Shown here piece by piece: positions 1 through 7,909 of a stretch of 24,000 nt of DNA (its first letter is position 1; the number at the start of each line of letters is the position of its first letter). The notes beneath the pieces are model-generated. The model searched no databases. It saw only the letters and a program-made list of their open reading frames with translations, and was not told where the DNA came from. The translations under genes were made by a program, and so were the position numbers. Origin of the DNA: Methylocaldum szegediense (GTDB lineage Bacteria; Pseudomonadota; Gammaproteobacteria; Methylococcales; Methylococcaceae); assembly GCF_949769195.1 (NCBI RefSeq), contig NZ_OX458334.1, positions 1,723 through 25,722 of the forward strand. Reading direction: 5' to 3'.

Positions 1-115
1 TGGACGGGCCTGATTTGGACCGTAATCCAGCGATGAGAACATTGGTGTCGAGCACTACTCGCATACTCTGACAATATCACTTTTGATGTGATATTGCATA
101 TGGTGTTCCATGCTT

Positions 116-1072
116 TTACCGCTCATCCTCGCCCTTGTCCTTCGGCTTCCTGGCGCGTCTGACTGGCGGCTGCTCTCCCCGCGGCTGGTCCGAAGGCACG
201 ACGGCCGCCAACCGGCCGCGCAACTCCGCCGCCTCTTCTTCCGACTTCCTGGCCCGTTCTTCCGCCTCGGCCCGATCCCTACGCAATTGCTCGATCTCCC
301 GCGCGGCGCTTTCGAGTCGGGCTTGCGCGGCCTGCTCGGCAAACCTGGCCGACTCGGCTTCCCGTCTGGCCTGGCCGGTCTCCTGCTCGGCCTTCGAGGC
401 GCGGGCCTCGGCATCGGACGCGCGGCGCTCGCTGGCGGCGAGCTCGGCGGTCAGGCGGGCCACGTCCGCGCGCACCGCGTAGGCGTCGGCTTCCGCTTCC
501 TGGCGCGCGGCCTGTTCCTCCCGCAGCAGGCCGGTCAGCTGCTCGACCCTTGCCTGTAACTCGGCGCGCGAGGCCTCGGCGATGTCGGCGCGGTGAGTGG
601 CCGCGTTCAAGGCCTCGGCATTGGCGGCGAGTTCCCCCCGCAGCCGCTCGATCTCAGCGGCGCCAGCGGCGAGCTGCTCGGCCTGCTGCCGGAGGGTGGC
701 GCGGGCCTGGTCGAGCTCGGCGGCGATCTGGTCGGCCAAGTCCGCCGCTTCCTGCCGGGTCTGCTCCGCTTCGTGCCGGGCTTGTTCGAGGGCTTCCCGT
801 TCCGCGCTCAACCTGGCGTTGGCCAGTTCCAGGGCCGCGGCCCATATCTCGCCGGCGAGCTCGCCCAGCTTCTCGGTGATCGCCGCCGGCGCGGGCTCCC
901 GGATCGGCGCGGCCGCCGCCTGCCGGTTCGCGCGCCAGACTTGCATGGCCGCGCTGATGTCCGTGTAGCTGCCCCCGCCCAGGCGTTCGCGCACGTTCGC
1001 CAACGTGGGGTTCTTGCCCTCGGCGGCCAGCTCGTCGGCCGCCGCCCATACCTGTTCTTTCGTCGTGGCCAT
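116..1072 (-). CDS. kfrA: KfrA-like plasmid DNA-binding coiled-coil protein
   Basis: 318 aa; N-terminus MATTKEQVWAAADELAAEGKNPTLANVRERLGGGSYTDISAAMQVWR resembles the KfrA N-terminal DNA-binding domain; the rest is a long Ala/Glu/Arg coiled coil. Confidence 0.85.
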   Translation of the reverse strand: MATTKEQVWAAADELAAEGKNPTLANVRERLGGGSYTDISAAMQVWRANRQAAAAPIREPAPAAITEKLGELAGEIWAAALELANARLSAEREALEQARHEAEQTRQEAADLADQIAAELDQARATLRQQAEQLAAGAAEIERLRGELAANAEALNAATHRADIAEASRAELQARVEQLTGLLREEQAARQEAEADAYAVRADVARLTAELAASERRASDAEARASKAEQETGQARREAESARFAEQAAQARLESAAREIEQLRRDRAEAEERARKSEEEAAELRGRLAAVVPSDQPRGEQPPVRRARKPKDKGEDER

Positions 1073-1087
1073 CTATTTACCCTCGAA

Positions 1088-1116
1088 TTGTAATAGTATG
1101 TTGTATAATATTACAA
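1088..1116. promoter_or_regulatory. Probable operator of the kfrA-like gene
   Basis: Perfect 8-bp inverted repeat TTGTAATA (1088-1095) / TATTACAA (1109-1116), overlapping a second TTGTAT...ATACAA pair (1101-1126), just upstream of the start at 1072 in very AT-rich DNA. Confidence 0.5.
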
Positions 1117-1325
1117 TATAATACAAAAAAATACGGCTTTCTAAGCTTGAACTGGTCTATATCCTCTGGAAATGAGAGCTGCAGTCTTGCGGTTCAAAAA
1201 GGAATCGTTGTCGTATGCCAATTTGTTTTTTTCTACTTATTACTTGAACCGCGCTTGCTAGTCCTAGTCAAAATTAGTGTTCAAAAAACTTCTTGGTATA
1301 CGGACATTTGCAGAAGGAGAGGCAA

Positions 1326-1703
1326 ATGAGCGATCCAACAAATTCAACTCAGAGAGAACTCCTATCCCCGGAGGACATATCAAGGTCAGTGGAGCCGCCA
1401 CTGAAGCCTGTGGCTCGCGACGCCGGTGAACCTCGCATTGTGGACTTAACCTGGTTTCAGTTTGCCGACCATCATGGGTTCGAGAGGCGATTGGAGCTGG
1501 GACGCGTTGTCAATTCCAAGAGCATAGTGCTTGTATCGATTTCCGAGATCGGTGTGTTCGGCGGTGAGTGGAAACCTTTTCAGGGCGCCGCCAGCGCGGA
1601 GGTCCATAATATCGTGCCTCATGACGACGGGACAGTCATCGTCCGCGGATACATTGGCTGGGAGCGGGACATCAATGTGCGTCTTTCGGTCCTTGTAGCG
1701 TAA
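1326..1703 (+). CDS. Hypothetical protein (125 aa)
   Basis: ATG at 1326 preceded by AGGAGAGGCAA; balanced amino-acid composition; no family recognised. Confidence 0.6.
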   Translation: MSDPTNSTQRELLSPEDISRSVEPPLKPVARDAGEPRIVDLTWFQFADHHGFERRLELGRVVNSKSIVLVSISEIGVFGGEWKPFQGAASAEVHNIVPHDDGTVIVRGYIGWERDINVRLSVLVA

Positions 1704-1743
1704 CGTCTGGCTACCACCGACCAGCGCCGGCGATTAAAAACGG

Positions 1744-2346
1744 TCAGCCTGACATAGTCGCCTTGATCCGCTGCACGACCGACGTACCCACGCCGTGCGT
1801 CCTGGCGGTCTTGAGCACGCCGACGCCCGCCCGCAACGATGCGCGGACGGCCTCCTCGATCTCCAGCCCGATCTGCGGCCGGCCGAGGCGCTTGCCGTTC
1901 GCCCGGGCGCGGGCGAGGCCTGCGTTCACGCGCTCCCGGATCATGGCCCGCTCGAACTCCGAGAAAACCCCGAGCATCTGAAACATGGCCTTTCCGGCCG
2001 GCGTGGTGGTATCGATCCCCTGCTGATGCAGATAAAGGTCGATCCCGTAACCGTGGATGTCGTCCAGGAAGTGGATCAGGTGCTGGAGGCTTCGGCCCAG
2101 CCGATCAACCGACCAGGCGGCGACAATATCAAAGCGGCGGCGGGCCGCATCCTTGCAAAGCTTGTCGAACGCCGGGCGTTTGTCCCGGCCCTTGGCGCCG
2201 GATATGCCGGCGTCCTCGTAAACCTCGACGATCAGCCAGCCGGCCCGCTCCGCGACAGCAGTCAATTCCAGGCGTTGGCTCTCGGTGGTTTGGCCATCGG
2301 TCGATACGCGAAGGTAGAGCGCGGCTCGGCGCAGTGTGGTATTCAT
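1744..2346 (-). CDS. Serine recombinase, resolvase/invertase family
   Basis: 200 aa; ALYLRVSTDGQTTESQ, WSVDRLGRSLQHL, FSEFERAMIRERVNAGLARARANGKRLGRP and a C-terminal HTH. Confidence 0.95.
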   Translation of the reverse strand: MNTTLRRAALYLRVSTDGQTTESQRLELTAVAERAGWLIVEVYEDAGISGAKGRDKRPAFDKLCKDAARRRFDIVAAWSVDRLGRSLQHLIHFLDDIHGYGIDLYLHQQGIDTTTPAGKAMFQMLGVFSEFERAMIRERVNAGLARARANGKRLGRPQIGLEIEEAVRASLRAGVGVLKTARTHGVGTSVVQRIKATMSG

Positions 2347-2351
2347 GTAGA

Positions 2352-2678
2352 TTAGTCTTCTGCTTCTTCTTCAGAAGCCTGTAGATACTGACGGACCAAC
2401 CGTATCGGAACCTCGCGGTAGTTCTCGAAAATGTCATTCTTGATGACGACGAAATAAGTTCTTTTCTGCGAGTCGTCGGATCTATTAAATGTAAAGCCGC
2501 GATCGAACATTTCTTCTCTTAATGGCTCGAGAAAGCCTTCGACTTGCAAATTAGAGCGCGTGGCTAGATATGCCAGATTGTCCTTCGAAATTTTGTAACG
2601 GCCGCGGAGTTTTCCACCGAACCGCTCTCCATACAACTTGACCAAATCATCCGCGACGTCATTAATTCTTCTTGGCAT
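2352..2678 (-). CDS. Hypothetical protein, cotranscribed with the resolvase
   Basis: 108 aa ORF ending 5 bp before the resolvase start, same strand. Confidence 0.55.
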   Translation of the reverse strand: MPRRINDVADDLVKLYGERFGGKLRGRYKISKDNLAYLATRSNLQVEGFLEPLREEMFDRGFTFNRSDDSQKRTYFVVIKNDIFENYREVPIRLVRQYLQASEEEAED

Positions 2679-2877
2679 GCTGATCTCCTTAAAATTGGCG
2701 CGAGATTATTATTTATTCTTGAGATTTAAAAATAAACTATAGATATTTTTGTGGAGCTAAGATCTTTATTGATGTATACGAAAAACGTTTGTTTACCGTA
2801 TAGCTAAAGCCGCGCCCCGGAAATCCCGATTTTCGTGGCTTCCAGGGCGGCGTTTTTCGATGGGTTTTCCGTATAGG

Positions 2878-3114
2878 TCAAAGCCTTTCCAAATACCGCT
2901 CGAATTCGGCCTTGCCGAACCAGTCCACCAGCGGCCTGTCGCGCCCGGGCAGATCCCACTGGATCGCCACCGTGTACCCGTCGCGGCTTGACTGGTCGGC
3001 TTTCGCGACAGTCCCGGCCGTTCCCCTCGGCACGCCGGAAAATTGGACCGTCGTCCGTATCCGAACCCCTTGTAAGGCCTCGGCTTCCCCTTTTGTGAAA
3101 TATCTCTCTGTCAT
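2878..3114 (-). CDS. Hypothetical small protein (78 aa)
   Basis: MTERYFTKGEAEALQGVRIRTTVQFSGVPRGTAGTVAKADQSS...; start overlaps the upstream XRE gene stop in an ATGA configuration. Confidence 0.6.
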   Translation of the reverse strand: MTERYFTKGEAEALQGVRIRTTVQFSGVPRGTAGTVAKADQSSRDGYTVAIQWDLPGRDRPLVDWFGKAEFERYLERL

Positions 3115-3350
3115 GGCTGTTTCCTTGAGGCGGCAATCCGCTTGTCCTCTTCGGGCAGTAGGTCGACGGAGGCGCAATTCAGGGCGCGCGCGATGAGGCG
3201 CAATGTCTCCATTCTGACGGAAGAATCCTGCCCCGACTCGATCTTTGATATCGCCGCCTGCGTGACCTTGCCTTGCGTGTACCTGGCCAAATCTCGCTGA
3301 GACCAGCCTCGCGCTTCACGCTTTGCTTTAATAATTTGTCCGATGCCCAT
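3111..3350 (-). CDS. XRE-family HTH transcriptional regulator
   Basis: 79 aa; IIKAKREARGWSQRDLARYTQGKVTQAAISKIESGQDSSVRMETLRLIARALNCASVDLL is a classic HTH_3 sequence. Confidence 0.9.
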   Translation of the reverse strand: MGIGQIIKAKREARGWSQRDLARYTQGKVTQAAISKIESGQDSSVRMETLRLIARALNCASVDLLPEEDKRIAASRKQP

Positions 3351-3457
3351 TCTTCATAACCGTTGTGAGTAGCACTCCGATAATTGTAGTTATCAGGCCG
3401 CAACGGACGAAAGCAAAACCTTAAGGCGCGCATCAGACTGGGTTTCCGGGAACCTGG

Positions 3458-3480
3458 GCGGGAGGGCACCGCCCTCCCGC
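3458..3480 (-). terminator. Strong hairpin downstream of the Gp157-like gene
   Basis: GCGGGAGGGC-ACC-GCCCTCCCGC, perfect 10-bp stem, 5 bp past the stop at 3486; no clear U-tract. Confidence 0.45.
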
Positions 3481-3485
3481 TCCGG

Positions 3486-3980
3486 CTACCGAATCGAAAG
3501 CCGCGTGCCATTGACCATCCGGGCACCGGGAACTTCCCGGCCGGCATTGATCGCTTCCTTGATCGCCGCCTTGTCGATCCTGACAAGGATTTCGGTTTCC
3601 TTGAACTCGTCCGGGACCGCCGCCTCGTCGAATATGTCCACGGCGGGCGGGTTCTTCTGGACCGAGAGCACGAACCAGGGCGAAGGGATTTTCTTCATGC
3701 CCATCACCTCCATCCCGGTTTTTAAGTAGTCCCGCAGCCAGCGGGCGCGGTTTTCCAATGCCTTCCGGCGCTTGGCCATTTTCTCTTCCGCTTGCTTGAT
3801 CGCCTCCGCCTCGGCTTCCATCTGGCGGGCGAACGCGGCGACATTCACGGCCTTCCGCTCGAATTCGCCCTCGATCGCTTCCAAGGTGTCGGCCACGGTT
3901 TCCGGCGGAATGTCGGCATCCGGATCGGTGAAGACGTCCAGGGCCTCGAGATATTTTCTTTCGATTTCGTAGAGCTTCAT
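3486..3980 (-). CDS. Siphovirus Gp157-like protein
   Basis: 164 aa; MKLYEIERKYLEALD...ALEAIEGEFERKAVNVAAFARQMEAEAEAIKQAEEKMAKRRKALENRARWLRDYLKTGMEVMGMKKI matches my recollection of the Gp157 family. Confidence 0.8.
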   Translation of the reverse strand: MKLYEIERKYLEALDVFTDPDADIPPETVADTLEAIEGEFERKAVNVAAFARQMEAEAEAIKQAEEKMAKRRKALENRARWLRDYLKTGMEVMGMKKIPSPWFVLSVQKNPPAVDIFDEAAVPDEFKETEILVRIDKAAIKEAINAGREVPGARMVNGTRLSIR

Positions 3981-4030
3981 GGCATCCCTCCTTCGTAGCG
4001 GCCGGAACGGCCCGGCCGCTCCGGTCGCGA

Positions 4031-4948
4031 TCAGAACGGGCACTTGTCGGTTTCGGCGTCGGCTATCTGGGCGTTTTCGTAGGCCAGGCGCTGCGCCTCC
4101 TCGTCGGCCCACTGCCTGAGCTTGACCAAGAGCTTTTCGAACTGGGCCGGCGAAAGATCGGGGAAGTGATCCACCTTGCACGCCTTTCTGACCCATTCCT
4201 TGACCCGCTCCCGGTCCAGGCCGTAATCCCGGATCGTAGCCTCCAGGCGCCGGTGATCGGCGGCGCTGATGGTCGGCCTTGCCGTCCGATCGGCCGGCGG
4301 TTCCGTCTGTTCCGGCTTCATGTCCTCCAGATCCTGCGTGAACACTTCGCTTAAGCCAGCCATGCGCAAGGTCGCATCGATATGCGCCGACTTCTCGGCC
4401 ATCTTGAGCGCCTTGTTCAAATCGCCGCAGTCCTGGGCAATGCCGCGGGCGCCTACGCCGTCGGCCACCACTCGCCCGGATGCGTCCCGGATCTCGCACC
4501 GGATAATGACGTGCTTGAGGTCCACGCCCCGGAGCGCGGCTTGCTCGTAGTCATGGAGAGTGGGGAACGTCACGGAAACGCCAAGCATGCCGCAAATCTT
4601 CTCCGCCCCCGGCTTCCAGAGGCTCGGCTTGCTCCAGTGCCGCGGGTCGGCGCACTCATGCGCGCGGCCGTGGGCCGCGAGCTGGCACTTTTGCTTGCTC
4701 GCCGTGTGGATGCGGCCGTAGTCGGTGCCTTCGACGAGCGCCGAGCGTATCCACTCCATAAGCGCGGCGCGGTTCGCCTTGCGACGGTCGAGTCCCGCGC
4801 GGAAGACTTCCGTAGGCAAGTCCAGCGGGGATGCCGGGGCGCCGTGCAGCGCGACCACGTTCCTGGATTCCTGGGCCGCGGCCGGGATGCCGGCTTGTAC
4901 CGGCTCCGAAGAAACAGGGGCGGGTTGTTTTCTTTCTCTTGCTGCCAT
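4031..4948 (-). CDS. Hypothetical phage/plasmid protein, possibly related to ssDNA-annealing recombination proteins
   Basis: 305 aa; KPSLWKPGAEKICGMLGVSVTFPT...VIIRCEIRDASGRVVADGVGARGIAQDCGDLNKALKMAEKSAHIDATLRMAGLSEVFTQDLED resembles the general layout of ERF/Rad52-like proteins; supported by the adjacent Gp157-like gene. Confidence 0.55.
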   Translation of the reverse strand: MAARERKQPAPVSSEPVQAGIPAAAQESRNVVALHGAPASPLDLPTEVFRAGLDRRKANRAALMEWIRSALVEGTDYGRIHTASKQKCQLAAHGRAHECADPRHWSKPSLWKPGAEKICGMLGVSVTFPTLHDYEQAALRGVDLKHVIIRCEIRDASGRVVADGVGARGIAQDCGDLNKALKMAEKSAHIDATLRMAGLSEVFTQDLEDMKPEQTEPPADRTARPTISAADHRRLEATIRDYGLDRERVKEWVRKACKVDHFPDLSPAQFEKLLVKLRQWADEEAQRLAYENAQIADAETDKCPF

Positions 4949-4982
4949 ACTCTGACTGCTCCTAGTGTGCCACTGGGAACCA

Positions 4983-5010
4983 CCGTTGCAGGGGTGCCGC
5001 CCTGCAACGG
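4983..5010. other. Perfect 11-bp hairpin, loop GTGCCG
   Basis: CCGTTGCAGGG-GTGCCG-CCCTGCAACGG. Confidence 0.7.
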
Positions 5011-5034
5011 CAGCGTTTTCGAACGTTGAAACCC

Positions 5035-5067
5035 GAGAGTTCGAGGGGTGCCGCCTCCCGAACTCTC
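5035..5067. other. Second hairpin with related loop sequence
   Basis: GAGAGTTCG (5035-5043) ... CGAACTCTC (5059-5067), interior AGGGGTGCCGCCTCC; shares GGGGTGCCGCC with the preceding hairpin. Confidence 0.65.
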
Positions 5068-5072
5068 ACCCT

Positions 5073-5381
5073 TTAGCCGCCGGTGCGGCTTTCGTATAAG
5101 TCCCTCTCGTTTTCTTCCATCTGGCTTTTCCACGCTTTCTCCATGGCGAGCCTGACCAATCCTTGCGCGGCTTCGGCATACCCCGACATGAGGTTGTCAA
5201 TGATCTCGTCGACATCCATTTGGGCCTTGCCGATGAGCTGCGTCCACGTATGGCTTTCGAAGAAAGCGGCCTTTGCTGTTTCCCGCTCCTCGCGAGCCAT
5301 GTAACCGGCCAAATCAGCTACAACCGGATCGCCGTAGGCGGGTCCTAAAGCGCGGGCCAGATCGCCGAACAATCCGCTCAT
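5073..5381 (-). CDS. Hypothetical protein (102 aa)
   Basis: ORF overlapping the upstream gene stop by ATGA (5378-5381); plausible composition. Confidence 0.55.
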   Translation of the reverse strand: MSGLFGDLARALGPAYGDPVVADLAGYMAREERETAKAAFFESHTWTQLIGKAQMDVDEIIDNLMSGYAEAAQGLVRLAMEKAWKSQMEENERDLYESRTGG

Positions 5382-5581
5382 GCCGCGGTCCTCTCGCTTT
5401 CCCGTTCATACACGGTAACCGGTATTCCGGCTACGTCTCCATAAATATAAAACTGGTATTCCGTTCCATCTTTAAACGTTATATTTACCACGCGCGCCGA
5501 GAACTGAATATCCGTTTTGAATACCATCTCCTCTCCGATGGTGACATCTTTTACACGATGAAAACCGAGATTTATAGACAT
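5378..5581 (-). CDS. Hypothetical small protein (67 aa)
   Basis: MSINLGFHRVKDVTIGEEMVFKTDIQFSARVVNITFKDGTEYQFYIYGDVAGIPVTVYERESERTAA; coupled to the next gene. Confidence 0.5.
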   Translation of the reverse strand: MSINLGFHRVKDVTIGEEMVFKTDIQFSARVVNITFKDGTEYQFYIYGDVAGIPVTVYERESERTAA

Positions 5582-5722
5582 AACAAATACTCCTATTTAT
5601 CTATTTCAAAATAGGGCTTCTTTTGTTCCTGGATAGCGACTCCAGGAACCCGCAAAAGCCCGTCGCGGCTGCTGGTTTCTCCCTTTTACGTGCCGAGCCT
5701 ACCAGCAAAAGAGCACGGTATA

Positions 5723-5751
5723 ATGATAACTAAAGTTATCACTCTGGGCAA
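5723..5751 (-). promoter_or_regulatory. Putative promoter with embedded palindromic operator
   Basis: On the minus strand TTGCCC-17 nt-TATCAT, containing GATAACT-AA-AGTTATC (5725-5740), upstream of the 5581 start. Confidence 0.4.
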
Positions 5752-5845
5752 CAAAAAAACACGTTTAAATTCGATAATAAATACCCTCCTTATACTGCGC
5801 TCAAACACTTCCATTAAACCATTAGATACTCAGAAAATACCCGCT

Positions 5846-6850
5846 TGACCGGAAACCCACCGGAAAGCCCCGGCCCACACGCCGGAGCCAGAAATCGGAA
5901 CCCACGCCCCCGCCCCCAAGGGCGGGAGCAACCGGCCGGCGAACCCGACCGGGAAGGCGAACACCGGCAGGCCGCGCGAAACCGCGCAACTGGCGGCCAG
6001 CAGGGAACCGCGCGAGACAGGCGAAGCGAAGAACACCACGCACCCCGCCGAGGCCTGCGCCACCACCGCCCGAGTGCGCGCGACAAGGCGGGCGGACAGA
6101 GGCACGGACGATGGGCCGCCGGCCCACCACGCCACCGAACCGCCGGCGGCCGCGAAGGCCTCCACGGCGGAAACCGCCGAAGCCGGGCCGGCGCCCGCGC
6201 CGCCGGGGCCGAAGGCGCACAGGCACGAAACCCGCGCGGCAGGGACGCCGCGCCCCGACGGAGCCACGGCGCAGCCAAGGACGGCGGCATCGACGCCAAC
6301 ACAGCAGCCCACCGCGAGCGAACGCCCCGACGCCATCAGCGACCGGCACACGGCCGCGACCAAAGCGGAGGCCTCCGGCGGCAGCGAGCGCGAACCCGCC
6401 ACCGATACGACGGCGCGAGGACTAGCCACGGCCGAACACCCCAGCCAGGCAAGCCAGCGGCCGGAGCAAGCCGCGGGCCACGGCCACCGACACGCCGGGA
6501 GGCAAGCACACCTTGACCGCGCAGACCGGCACGGGCAGGCCGACAGCCGAGAAGACCGGCGAACCGGCGGAACCAGGACGGGCCACGGCGCGCCACCCGA
6601 GCCGCGACGCCACCAAGGCCGCGAACAGCCCGGCCGCGGCCGGAGACCGGACCGGAACGAAAAGGCAGGCGGGCGCCGCCGAGAAACAGGACGAAGCCGA
6701 GAACACCCGCACCGCCCACACAAGCCGGCCGCAGCGACGAGCCACGACAGGCGCCGAGCGCCGGACGGCGGGAACGGAAACGAAACCGGAACGAGCCATG
6801 ACACACCCCCAAAACCGAGAACCAAAACCGCCCCGCCAACCCCGGCGGGA
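5846..6850. other. Strand-asymmetric T-depleted tract
   Basis: Direct base counting: about 14 T among the 960 bases 5881-6840, and zero T from 6515 to 6798 on the + strand; A, C and G abundant. Confidence 0.95.
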
Positions 6851-7101
6851 CACCCCAAAAGAGAGAAAAACCGGAAAAAAGAGAGAAAACGCCTTCAGAA
6901 CAGACCGGGGCGAGCACGGCCGCAAGGGCAGGCGCGCCGTACTGCGACGGTGGGAGGTTGGTGGACTGGCTACGGAGAGACTAGCGACTGGTTGCAGCGA
7001 ACCTTGAGCGGCGCGCCTGGCGAAGCGAACCCTTGCGGCCGCGCGCAGTCCCCGGCTACAAACCGGGCGTTTTCTCTCTTTTCCGGTTTTTCTCGTGGGG
7101 T
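6851..7101. repeat. Imperfect long inverted repeat
   Basis: Left arm 6851-6892 ACCCCAAAAGAGAGAAAAACCGGAAAAAAGAGAGAAAACGCC; the reverse complement of 7066-7101 is ACCCCACGAGAAAAACCGGAAAAGAGAGAAAACGCC. Confidence 0.85.
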
Positions 7102-7111
7102 ACTCCCCACG
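7094..7111. other. 7-bp perfect hairpin
   Basis: CGTGGGG-TACT-CCCCACG followed by CCTTT. Confidence 0.5.
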
Positions 7112-7909
7112 CCTTTGTCCGAGCCGCAGCGAAGCCGGAGGGCGCGAGCACGGCGACCCGGAGCCATGCGGAGGGGCCGCGCGCAGCGACTGGAGGCGAA
7201 GCGGAGGCGAGTTCTCGCGTCTGGCGTCAGCCAGTCGCGCAGTCAACCCGGAGCCGAGCGGAGCTGGGCGAGCACCTTGGATGGATGGCGAAGCGCAGGG
7301 AAAGCGACGCCGGGTCTCGCTTCGGCGCTCGGATCGTCAGTCCAAGCCGGACAGGCGGGAGCATGGATACTGCCAATCCGTTGTCGGATCTACCGTGGGG
7401 TGAGCGCGAAGGGCGCGGCGTCGCGAGCTTGCGAAGCTCGAGAGCAGAGCCGCGCGCCTTCGGTACCGATACCCGACTTCTGACCGGGCTGGGAGCCAGG
7501 GACGGCGGCAAGGGACGTGACGGCAGGGATGCCGGCGCGGTCCCTTGCGGGTGGGAGATGGACTTTACGGGTTTCGCGTGTGAAAGCCGCCCCGGAAGCA
7601 TAGCGTGCTCCGGCTGGCGCGCGAGCTGCGAGGAGCGCGGGCATGCCCTAAGCATGCCCATAAGCGCGACGTAGCGGCTCGGCGAGCGCCTGTCGGGATG
7701 CAGCGCGTGCGTGAGGGGGCGGTTTTGTTGAGCGAAAGGGATTCCGTTTGGGGGGGCGGAAAGGGGGGAACGCCGAGCGCGGCTTCCTCTGGAAGCAAGC
7801 GAGGCGGGGGATGTAACGCGTCAAATGGCCGTGGTTATCAACACTTTTGTCTTTTTTACCAAGGATCACATCGGATTTCCACTTCCGTTTTCTCGACTCA
7901 ATTTGAGCC

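Noticed and set aside
110-1093. ORFs on the + strand and other frames opposite the kfrA-like gene
   Set aside because: Shadow ORFs of a GC-rich coiled-coil coding sequence.
1763-2437. + strand ORFs 1795-2355 and 1839-2384, and 2129-2437-
   Set aside because: Overlap the clearly identified serine recombinase; mirror-frame artefacts.
3486-4499. The full 337-aa version of the Gp157-like ORF
   Set aside because: The upstream portion is out-of-frame sequence overlapping the 4031-4948 gene; the Met at 3980 fits the family start.
4382-5029. ORF of 215 aa, + strand
   Set aside because: Antisense to the well-composed 305-aa gene; no family resemblance.
5822-7483. Long ORFs in several frames (5822-6349+, 5830-6858-, 5845-6516+, 6074-7483+, 6111-6425+, 6336-6917-, 6513-7007+)
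   Set aside because: Extended open frames follow automatically from the near absence of T on the + strand; translations are low-complexity and mutually overlapping.
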